From assembly GCA_963804645.1 (NCBI GenBank), contig CAWDRG010000009.1, positions 896,001 to 960,000 of the forward strand: a stretch of 64,000 bases of DNA. Direction: 5' to 3'. Origin of the DNA: an uncultured Bacillota bacterium (GTDB lineage: Bacteria; Sysuimicrobiota; Sysuimicrobiia; Sysuimicrobiales; Segetimicrobiaceae). Shown piece after piece: positions 55,900-64,000 of this stretch; position 1 is the stretch's first letter; every line of letters begins with the position of its first letter. The notes under the pieces were generated by a model. It did no database searches, was not told the origin of the DNA, and saw nothing but the letters and a program-made list of their open reading frames with translations. A program made the position numbers and the translations under genes.

Positions 55900-57564
55900 A
55901 TGGACCGCTCGGTGGATAGGCGTGACCTCGTGAACGCGACGCTTCGCAGCCCGACGTCGCGCCGCGCGCTCCTGCGGCGGGCGGCGCTCGCCGGCCTCGC
56001 GCTGCCTGCGGTCGGCGGATGGCTGTCCAGGCCGGGACTTCCCGCGGCGTGGGCCGCGGCCGCGAAGGGCGGGACCGCCACGGTTCCGGCGACCGCCAGC
56101 CCGACGTCATGGGACCTCACGAAAGCCGATTGGATCACCTGGGGGTCGGTGAACTATCTGTACGACCGGCTGCTCGACGCAGACAACAACGAGAACCTCA
56201 AGCCGATGCTCGCGACGTCGTGGAGCGTGTCCAAGGACGGGATGACGTACACGCTGAAGCTGCGGCGGGGCGCCACGTTCCACGACGGGACGCCCTACAA
56301 CGCCGCGGCGGCGAAGTTCAACTTCGAGCGCCACACGCTCAACAAAGACTCGCGGTACTATCCCCTCTGGGGCCAGATGGTTGACCGCATCGAGACGCCG
56401 GACGATTACACGGTCGCGGTGGTGCTCACCCAGCCCAACGCGGACATGCTCTACAACTTCGCAGACTGGGGCGCGCTCCAAGTCAGCCCCACCGCGATGA
56501 AGCAGCTCGGCGCCAATTACCCGTCGCACCCGGTGGGCACCGGGCCGTTCAAGTTCCAGGCGTACGTGCCGGACAGCCACATCCAATACACCGCCAACGC
56601 GCAGTACTGGCAGAAGGCGCCCATGCTGGACGGGCTGCTGGTCAACATCCTGCCCGACATGAACGTCGAGATGGACAACCTGCAGGCGAAGACGCTGGAC
56701 CTGCTCTACTACGTTGACCCCAAGGACGTCGCCAACGTGAAGAAGATGGGGGCCGTCTTGGAGGCTCTCACAGTGCCGGGCGTCAGCTTCATCAGCATGA
56801 ACCTCACGCAGCCGCCGACCACGGAGCTGGCCGTGCGGAAGGCGATCGCGCGCTCCGTGGACCGCGACGCCATGATCCAGAAGCTGCTGTACGGGTACGC
56901 CGTCAAGTCGCGCGCGGGCGCATCCCCGCAGTCGCACTACTACAACGCCGATGTGCCGATGATCGACTACAACCCGGCCGAAGCCGCGAGGATCCTCGAC
57001 GAAGCCGGCTGGCAGAAAGGGCCGGATGGCATCCGGCAGCGGAACGGCACCCGGCTGTCGTTGAGCCTGCTGTCCGCGAGCTTCCAGAACCAGCCGCTCA
57101 TCAATCAGGTCATCCAGGAGCAGCTCAAGGTCGTGGGCATCGACTCGCAGATCACGAGCCTGGAATGGGGCACCTACCTCGACACGTGGCGGGAGAACAA
57201 GGGCGGGTGGAACATCACGTTCGGCTCGCAGGGGTCGGTGTTCGCCTCGACCGCGCTCATGGAGTGCTCGTGGCAGCCGAACGCGTACTGGAACATCTGC
57301 CAGCTCGGTAAGAGCACGGATCCGCAGATCCAGAAGGTGGCGGCGCAGCTCCTGTCGATCCAAAATGATGCGCTCGCGACTCCGGATCAGACGAAGCGCC
57401 GGGCACTCGCGAAGCAGGCGCAGACGCTGTACCAGGACAACCAGCTGACCATGTGGCTGTGGCACGGTCAGTCGCTGACCGCCCTGCAGCCGTATCTCAA
57501 GGACTACGACATGGTGTGGCACGGCCGGGTCGTGGGGCTCTCACGCGCCTGGCTGAACAAGTAG
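55900..57564 (+). CDS. ABC substrate-binding protein family 5, Tat signal
   Basis: SRRALL; PMLATSWSVS, FHDGTPYNA and PVGTGPFKF. Confidence 0.93.
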   Translation: MDRSVDRRDLVNATLRSPTSRRALLRRAALAGLALPAVGGWLSRPGLPAAWAAAAKGGTATVPATASPTSWDLTKADWITWGSVNYLYDRLLDADNNENLKPMLATSWSVSKDGMTYTLKLRRGATFHDGTPYNAAAAKFNFERHTLNKDSRYYPLWGQMVDRIETPDDYTVAVVLTQPNADMLYNFADWGALQVSPTAMKQLGANYPSHPVGTGPFKFQAYVPDSHIQYTANAQYWQKAPMLDGLLVNILPDMNVEMDNLQAKTLDLLYYVDPKDVANVKKMGAVLEALTVPGVSFISMNLTQPPTTELAVRKAIARSVDRDAMIQKLLYGYAVKSRAGASPQSHYYNADVPMIDYNPAEAARILDEAGWQKGPDGIRQRNGTRLSLSLLSASFQNQPLINQVIQEQLKVVGIDSQITSLEWGTYLDTWRENKGGWNITFGSQGSVFASTALMECSWQPNAYWNICQLGKSTDPQIQKVAAQLLSIQNDALATPDQTKRRALAKQAQTLYQDNQLTMWLWHGQSLTALQPYLKDYDMVWHGRVVGLSRAWLNK

Positions 57565-59233
57565 GTGTCCGCGGGCGGCGGGCCGGACGGCGCCGTTCGG
57601 GCGGGAGAGGAGTGGCGGGGGGCGGCGGGCGCCGCGGAGGCGCTCCGCCGCACCGACCGCCTGGTCGCGGACCTGTACGCCCGCTACGACGCGCTCCTGG
57701 ACCGGGAGCGCGAGCTCTTCATCCCGACGCCGGAACGGTTCGACGCGCTGCTCGACGAGATCCGCGCGGCACGACTGGCGGCGGATCGGCTGGACGCCCC
57801 CCTGGGGGCGCCGGCCGCGGTGGTGATCGAGAACATCCAGGAGGTGCTGGACGCGTTTGATGCGCGCGTCCGCGCCGACCGGGAGTTCCCCAACCGGTTC
57901 GTGTCGCAAATCGCCCGCAGAGTGACGGCGCTGCTGCGGCTCGATCCGCGCTCCGATGCCGAGCGCGCCGACACGCTCGACGCGCTCGCCTCACAGATCG
58001 GCGCGGTGGTGCGCGCGGCGGCCGATCGCGCCGCGGAGCTCCCCGGCGACCGGCGCGAGATCACGGCACGGACGATCGGCGAGCTGACGGCGTTTCTTGC
58101 GCAGCTCGACGGGGGCCCGCTCGGGGCGGCGATGCCCTCCGTGTCCGCGGGCACCGTGAGGGCGCTCGAAGGGCGGCTGCGCGGGGCCGCAGACACTGCC
58201 CGGGCGGCGGCGGACCATGTCCGGCGCGCCCGCGCGTCCGTGGCCGGCTCCCCGGATCCCCTCGACTATGTGGAGACGCTGCGGCGCGTCTACGGGATCG
58301 AGATCGGGGACCTCGTGGCCATGCATCGAAGCGAGGTCGGGCGGTGCCGCGTGCACCTTGACGCGGCCGCGGCGCGGTGCGATCCGTCGCGCGACCCGTT
58401 CCAAATTCTTGACGACGACCTCGGCCCGTACGAGAGCGCCGACGCGATGGACGCGGCGATGCGGCGGTTCGTGGCGCTCGCCCGGCAGCGGTCGCTCGAG
58501 CACGTCACCCTCCCGGACAACGAAACGTGCGCGGTGTGGCGCGTGCCGGAGTACCTCAGCGACTCCTACCCATGGGGTGGCTACTTCTCGTTCGGCAGCC
58601 CACTCGCCGGGCAGCCGCGCGGTGCCGTGTTCCTCAACGCCGGCAACTACCGTACGGTGACGCGGGGGTGGGTGGAACTGAACGCGATCCACGAGTGCTA
58701 TCCCGGGCACCACGCGCAGTTCGTGAAGACGGCCGTCGGAGACATGCCGTTGAGCTTCAAGGTCGGGACGGCCACATCCCGGGCGACCCCGCTGTCCGAA
58801 GGCATCGCCGTCCGCACGGAAACGCTCATGCAGGACATCTTCGACGAACCGGCGTTCCCGGTGTTCGTGGCGTTTCGCCGGCTCCACACCGCGCTGCGCA
58901 TCTGGATCGATCTCGTCCTCCACTATTTCCAGGACCCGCACCCGGCCGAGACGGCCGTGGCGCTGTACGTCGAGCATCTGCGCCTCGCGCCGCACGTGGC
59001 CCGCGGCCAGGTGTACTCGCAGCAACTCACGCCGGGCTACTTTACGACCTACTACTACGGCGTCACGGCGCTGGAACGGATCGAAGCGGCGTGCGGCTGG
59101 GACGAGCGCCGGTTCACCGAACTCGTCTTTCTCGTGCGGCAAGGTGTCGCTGGCGGTGTTGAAGCGCCTGCTCGGGCTGCCGGCGCCGGCCCAGCGGGCG
59201 CTCCTGAGAAACTTCTCGACGCTCGTCATGTAA
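57565..59233 (+). CDS. DUF885-like metallopeptidase-motif protein; probable +1 frameshift near 59128-59130
   Basis: HECYPGHH, SEG and IDLVLH. Removing one T gives FSCGKVSLAVLKRLL...VM* ending at TAA 59233; as sequenced the ORF ends at 59298. Confidence 0.75.
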
Positions 59234-59389
59234 GCGGCCGGCGCACGCGCTTCTGTCTCGGCGCCGCCGCGTCCGCAATCCCCGAGGGCGCGACGTGAGG
59301 ACCGCCCCCGTGCGCATATCCCGGGTGACATGCGGCGCCGAACCGGCGCGCACGCTCGTACGATCGAACCGGTTGAGTCCCAGGACGCG

Positions 59390-60217
59390 TCAGTCGCGGT
59401 ACGGTGCGCGTGCGTCGAACTCCCGCGCCGCCCCATCCATGCGCACGAACGCGGCGCCGAGTCCGGCCAGCGCGTCGATCAACCGCTCCAGGAACAGCAT
59501 CCGGTGGCCGCGGCCGATCGCCTGCGGATGAAAGGTGTAGGTCAGCACACCCCACTCCGTGGTCCGCACCATGTACCGAAAGTCGTCGGTCCAATTCTCG
59601 AGCACGTCGCTTGAGGACCGAAGACCGGGCAGGACGCCGGTATACTCGAAATGCTGGTAGTCGGACAGGGACCAGCTCACCGGCATTTCGATGAGCGGCG
59701 TCGCGGTCCCGAACCGCGCCGGCGCGTCGCTGGCAAACACGTCGCCGCGGCGGGCCCGGTACGGTTGCGCGTCGTGCGCCATCATGCTCGTGTCGTACGT
59801 GAAGCCGTGCGCGGTGAGCAGGTCCACGGTATGCGGGCTCAGATCCCACGACGGCGATCGATATCCGCTCGGGGTCACCCCGATCACGTCGCGAATCGCC
59901 GCGAGGCCGCGGACGAGCACGTCCTCCTCCGCCGCTCGCGGCAGCGTCGCGGGCGGTTCGTGGAGATACCCGTGGTGGCCGATTTCGTGCCCCGCCGCGT
60001 GCACGCGGCGGCACAGCGCCGGGTACGTGTGCACGGTGTGGCCGGGGATGAACCACGTCGCCGTGATTCCGCGGCGCGCGAGCAGGCCCAGGATGCGCTC
60101 CGCGCCGACGACCCCGAACTCGCCCCTCGAGATCGGAGTGGGCGTCGTCATGCCGCGCAAGATCCAGCTGGAGAGCGCATCGAAATCAAACGTGAGGCAC
60201 GCGAGATGACGGGCCAC
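59390..60217 (-). CDS. Polysaccharide deacetylase family (CE4, PgdA/PuuE-like)
   Basis: LTFDFD, ATWFIPG, HEIGHHGYLHE, GYRSP and FHPQAIGR; GGAGGAG RBS. Confidence 0.92.
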   Translation of the reverse strand: MARHLACLTFDFDALSSWILRGMTTPTPISRGEFGVVGAERILGLLARRGITATWFIPGHTVHTYPALCRRVHAAGHEIGHHGYLHEPPATLPRAAEEDVLVRGLAAIRDVIGVTPSGYRSPSWDLSPHTVDLLTAHGFTYDTSMMAHDAQPYRARRGDVFASDAPARFGTATPLIEMPVSWSLSDYQHFEYTGVLPGLRSSSDVLENWTDDFRYMVRTTEWGVLTYTFHPQAIGRGHRMLFLERLIDALAGLGAAFVRMDGAAREFDARAPYRD

Positions 60218-60620
60218 CCGCACTCCTCCGGGCCCGCGGGCTCCGAGCGCCCGCGCGTCCCCTGCGCCGCCCGCGGAGGTATTCGGGCGCGGTCCCCCGG
60301 GGGCCTGCGCATGGGACGCCGGCGTGCCGGCCGGTCCCGCCCGACCGGACCCGCGGGTTGACGTGTCTGCGATGGTCCCGGCCGCACGGCCGGCCAGCAC
60401 TCCGGTGAATCACTAGGCTCGAGCGACTTCGCACTTCACGCGTCGAGGTGCCGCGCGCGTCGTGTCCCGCGGGCGTTGTGCTGGAGTCCTCGGCGGCGCT
60501 GCCAATCCGGTACCGGGTCGTTTCCGAATAACATACCAAAGGTTGCATTCAGGTCGCGGGAGCGCAGCCGCCCGCGATCCTCGGTGCGACGGAGACCACT
60601 CGCGTCAAGGAGGGAATGGC

Positions 60621-61067
60621 ATGTACAAGTCCGTGGGTAGGCTCGCGGTAGTCGCCCTGCTGGTGGCGTGCACGACCACCATGAGTTTCGCTCAGACCCA
60701 GTCGCTCTACGACCGGTTGGGCGGGAAGGCCGCCATCACGGCCGTGGTCGACCAGTTCGTCGCGAACGTCGGGGCGGACAACCGGATCAACGGCTTCTTC
60801 AAGGCGACCGTCGCGGATCCGCAGCGGCTCGCGAACTTCAAGATGAACCTCGTGAATCAGATCTGCCAGGGCACCGGCGGGCCGTGCACGTACACCGGCA
60901 AGACCATGAAGGCCGCGCACCAGGGCATGGGGATCACCGACGCCAACTTCAACGCGCTCGTCGAGGATCTTGTGGCGGCACTGAACAAGTTCAACGTGCC
61001 GGCGCAGACGCAGAAGGACCTGCTGGCGATTCTGGGCCCCATGAAGGCCGACATCGTCGGACAGTAG
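60621..61067 (+). CDS. Group I truncated hemoglobin (GlbN/trHbN-like) with N-terminal export signal
   Basis: SLYDRLGG, DNRINGFF and TGGPCTYTGKTMKAAH (proximal His), GMGITDANF; hydrophobic leader. Confidence 0.92.
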   Translation: MYKSVGRLAVVALLVACTTTMSFAQTQSLYDRLGGKAAITAVVDQFVANVGADNRINGFFKATVADPQRLANFKMNLVNQICQGTGGPCTYTGKTMKAAHQGMGITDANFNALVEDLVAALNKFNVPAQTQKDLLAILGPMKADIVGQ

Positions 61068-61089
61068 CCGCCTCGAACAGCGGTGGTGT

Positions 61090-61124
61090 GCACACAGGGA
61101 GCCCGGCGCGGGCTCCCTGTGTGC
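61090..61124 (+). terminator. Stem-loop after the globin gene
   Basis: GCACACAGGGAGCCC-GGCGC-GGGCTCCCTGTGTGC 15-bp perfect stem; no U tract. Confidence 0.6.
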
Positions 61125-61201
61125 TGCCGCGCGGCCGGCTGGATCCGACGCGCGCCCGACGGGAGGACTGGCGCGCCGGGCCAACAAAGTACAGGTCGCG
61201 G

Positions 61202-61525
61202 ATGACACGGGATCGCGAGTGGTGGGAGCGCGACCCCGTGCGCTTTGTCTCGGGCGAGCCCGGGGTGGGTATGGACGCAGCGGAGTGGCTCGTGGCGCTG
61301 ACCGGCGCCGACACGTGGAGCTTCGGGGTGGTGCCCGGCGAGGATCTCGCCCGGCCGTTTCTCGTCCCGCAGACGCTGAACGTGCGGCACGGCCTGTTCA
61401 TCATGGAGAACCTCGCCACCGAAGTGCTCGCGCGGGCGCGCGTCTACGAGTTCATGTTCGTGCCCACGCATCAGAAGACGCGCGGGTCGACGGCGGCGAT
61501 GATCGCGCCGGCGGCCGTGACGTAG
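61202..61525 (+). pseudogene. C-terminal fragment of a cyclase-family hydrolase
   Basis: EPGVGMDAAEWL, GADTW, GLFIMENL, VYEFMF and GSTAAMIAP present; the HxGTHxD N-terminal half is absent. Confidence 0.7.
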
Positions 61526-61547
61526 GTCCGAGAGGCGGCACTGCATC

Positions 61548-63101
61548 ATGCCAGATCGGTACGACATCGCGATCATCGGCACCGGGGCCGGCGGCGGGAC
61601 GCTCGCGTACGCGCTCGCGCCCACGGGGAAGCGCATCCTGCTGCTCGAGCGCGGCGGCTGGCTGCCGCGGGAGAAAGAGAACTGGGACGCGCGCGCGGTG
61701 TTCGTGGACCAGCGCTACCACACGACGGAGCTGTGGTACGACAAGAACGGCCAGCCGTTCCGTCCGGGCACGAACTACTACGTCGGCGGCAACACGAAGG
61801 TGTTCGGGGCGGTGCTGCTGCGGATGCGCGAGCGGGACTTTGAGGCGGTGCCCCACTACGACGGCACCTCGCCCGGCTGGCCGCTCCGCTACGAGGATTT
61901 CGCGCCGCACTATCTCGAGGCCGAGCGGCTGTACGGCGCCCACGGCCAGCGCGGCACCGACCCCACGGAGCCGCCGTGCGACGCGCCGTATCCGTTCCCG
62001 CCGATCCGGAACGAGGCGCGCATGCAGGAGGTTTTCGACGGGCTCGCCGCGCAGGGGCTGCATCCGTTCCCGCTGCCCGTGGGCGTGCGGCTTGACGAGG
62101 CCCAGCCCCACCTGAGCCCCTGCATCAAGTGCGACACCTTCGACGGGTTTCCGTGCCTCGTCGACGCCAAGCACGACGCCCACACGACCTGCGTGATGCC
62201 GGCGCTCCGGCATCCGAACGTGACGCTGCTGACCGGGGCCAGGGTGACGCGCCTGTCGGTCGGCGCGAGCGGGCGCGAGGTGACCGGCATCCACGTCGAC
62301 CGCGATGGGCACGCCGAGGAATACGCCGCGGATCTCGTGGTCGTGGCGTGCGGGGCCGTCAACTCGGCCGCGCTGCTTCTCCGCTCCGCAGGCGACCGGC
62401 ATCCCCACGGGCTCGCCAACAGCTCGGGGATGGTCGGGCGGCACTACATGTGCCACAACAACTCGGCGATCCTGGTCGTGTCGCGGACGCCGAACCCGAG
62501 CAAGTTCACCAAGACGATCGGGGTGAACGACTTCTACTGGGGCACCGACGACTTCGACTATCCGATGGGGCACATTCAGACCCTCGGCAAGTCGCTCCCG
62601 CCGCAGCTTGAGGGCGACGCCCCGTCGATCCGGATCCCGGGGGTGGAGATGACGCTCGAGTTCATGACCCACCACGCCACCGATTGGTGGGTCACGACCG
62701 AGGACCTTCCCGATCCCGACAACCGCGTCGACCTCACCCCGACCGGCGAGATCCGGCTCGCCTACACGCCGAACAACGTCGAGGCGCACCGGCGCATCCT
62801 CGACCGGCTGCACCGCGCGCTCGACCGGGTGGAGGGCGGCGTCGTGCACTTCCTGCCGCATTCGGTGTACCTGTCGAAGCGCATCCCGCTGGCCGGGGTG
62901 GCGCACCAGAACGGCACGTGCCGGTTCGGGACGGATCCCGCCACCTCGGTGCTGGACGTCACGTGCAGGACCCACGACGTCGACAACCTCTACGTCGTGG
63001 ACGCGAGCTTCTTCCCGTCGAGCTCCTCGGTCAACCCGTCCCTGACGGTGATTGCGAATGCGCTCCGGGTCGCGGGTCGTCTTCGGGACCGGATGGCCTA
63101 G
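61548..63101 (+). CDS. GMC family FAD oxidoreductase
   Basis: IIGTGAGGG, LLLERG, VGGNTK, HQNGTCRFG, DNLYVVDASFFP and NPSLT. Confidence 0.94.
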   Translation: MPDRYDIAIIGTGAGGGTLAYALAPTGKRILLLERGGWLPREKENWDARAVFVDQRYHTTELWYDKNGQPFRPGTNYYVGGNTKVFGAVLLRMRERDFEAVPHYDGTSPGWPLRYEDFAPHYLEAERLYGAHGQRGTDPTEPPCDAPYPFPPIRNEARMQEVFDGLAAQGLHPFPLPVGVRLDEAQPHLSPCIKCDTFDGFPCLVDAKHDAHTTCVMPALRHPNVTLLTGARVTRLSVGASGREVTGIHVDRDGHAEEYAADLVVVACGAVNSAALLLRSAGDRHPHGLANSSGMVGRHYMCHNNSAILVVSRTPNPSKFTKTIGVNDFYWGTDDFDYPMGHIQTLGKSLPPQLEGDAPSIRIPGVEMTLEFMTHHATDWWVTTEDLPDPDNRVDLTPTGEIRLAYTPNNVEAHRRILDRLHRALDRVEGGVVHFLPHSVYLSKRIPLAGVAHQNGTCRFGTDPATSVLDVTCRTHDVDNLYVVDASFFPSSSSVNPSLTVIANALRVAGRLRDRMA

Positions 63102-63107
63102 CGGACC

Positions 63108-64000
63108 ATGGAGATGCGCGAGGGGCGGCAGGGCAGCGATCCGGCGGTGGAGACCGGTGCGGCGGCGGACGCGGGGCCGACCAGGTACATCGATCCCGAC
63201 GCGGAGCGGCGCCGGCGCGACGAGGCGCGGGAGGGACAGTCGCCCTGGTACCAGTGGGGCCCGTACCTCTCCGAACGCCAGTGGGGCACCGTGCGAGAGG
63301 ACTATTCCGCGGACGGGAGCGCGTGGCAGTACTTCCCCCACGACCACGCCCGCTCCCGGGCGTATCGGTGGGGCGAGGACGGCCTGCTCGGCATCAGCGA
63401 CCGCCATCAGCGGCTCTGCTTCGCGCTCGCCCTGTGGAACGGCGCGGACCCCATCCTCAAGGAGCGCCTGTTCGGCCTGACCGGCCCGGAGGGCAACCAC
63501 GGGGAGGACGTCAAGGAGTACTACTACTATCTCGACGCCACGCCGACCCATTCGTACCTCCGGGCGCTGTACCGGTACCCGCAGCGGGCGTATCCGTACG
63601 CCGAGCTCGTGCGCGAGAATCAGCGCCGCGGCCGGTTCGCCCCCGAGTACGAGCTGCTCGACACCGGGGTCCTGGCCGAGCACCGCTACTTCGACGTGAC
63701 GGTCGAATACGCGAAGGCGGCGCCGGAGGACATCGTGATCCGCATCACCGTCACGAACCACGGGCCGGACGCCGCCCCGCTCCACGTGCTCCCGACGCTC
63801 TGGTTCCGGAACACGTGGGCGTGGGGCCGCCGCGACCACCGGCCCGTCATCGACGCCATCGAGACCCGGGAGGCGTCGGCCGGCGGCACCCGGCTCCTCC
63901 GTGCCGCGCACCATGAGCTCGGCGAGCACTGGCTCGCCTGCGGCGGGGCGCCCGATCTTCTGGTTACCGAAAACGAGACCAACGCGGCCCGGCTGTGGAA
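63108..64000 (+). CDS. GH63/MGH1-like glucosidase, N-terminal part (runs off the window)
   Basis: Own translation from ATG 63108: [56 protein letters not shown] and [10 protein letters not shown]. Confidence 0.88.
   Translation, partial: MEMREGRQGSDPAVETGAAADAGPTRYIDPDAERRRRDEAREGQSPWYQWGPYLSERQWGTVREDYSADGSAWQYFPHDHARSRAYRWGEDGLLGISDRHQRLCFALALWNGADPILKERLFGLTGPEGNHGEDVKEYYYYLDATPTHSYLRALYRYPQRAYPYAELVRENQRRGRFAPEYELLDTGVLAEHRYFDVTVEYAKAAPEDIVIRITVTNHGPDAAPLHVLPTLWFRNTWAWGRRDHRPVIDAIETREASAGGTRLLRAAHHELGEHWLACGGAPDLLVTENETNAARLW

Noticed and set aside
1..64000. CRISPR arrays, tRNA/rRNA, transposases, integrases
   Set aside because: No regularly spaced repeats, RNA-gene signatures or recombinase/transposase motifs seen by eye.

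Overview
High-GC bacterial chromosomal window, densely coding, with no rRNA, tRNA, CRISPR array, transposase or integrase that I can see. (1) 0.2-23.4 kb: CoA-dependent catabolic island of unknown substrate. It holds an MBL hydrolase, two paralogous Tat-exported peptide/nickel-type binding proteins, two enoyl-CoA hydratases, two family III CoA-transferases, an acyl-CoA ligase, two tandem desulforedoxin-like microproteins, an amidohydrolase, an OYE flavoprotein, two MmgE/PrpD proteins, ABC permeases, two near-identical Ltp2-like thiolase-fold genes and a DUF35 OB-fold partner. (2) 23.6-26.1 kb: membrane dipeptidase and D-amino acid dehydrogenase. (3) 26.2-31.6 kb: a compact cyclic-nucleotide signalling cassette (cyclase-STAND-TPR gene, CRP, a perfect CRP box, two small exported proteins) bracketed by a 60-bp duplicate of an esterase 3' end. 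(4) Esterase, adenine deaminase, small wHTH and Cys-rich proteins, cold-shock gene. (5) paaABCD without paaE, and methylmalonyl-CoA epimerase. (6) ComDE-like decarboxylase, cyclase-family hydrolase, Gfo/Idh/MocA, DUF885, ABC transporter and SDR. (7) GntR, S9 peptidase and creatinase-like M24 genes, divergent from a frameshifted ABC/DUF885 operon. (8) Polysaccharide deacetylase, an exported group I truncated globin, a cyclase pseudogene, a GMC oxidoreductase and a GH63-like glucosidase running off the window. All calls come from recognising motifs by eye; no database searches were run.
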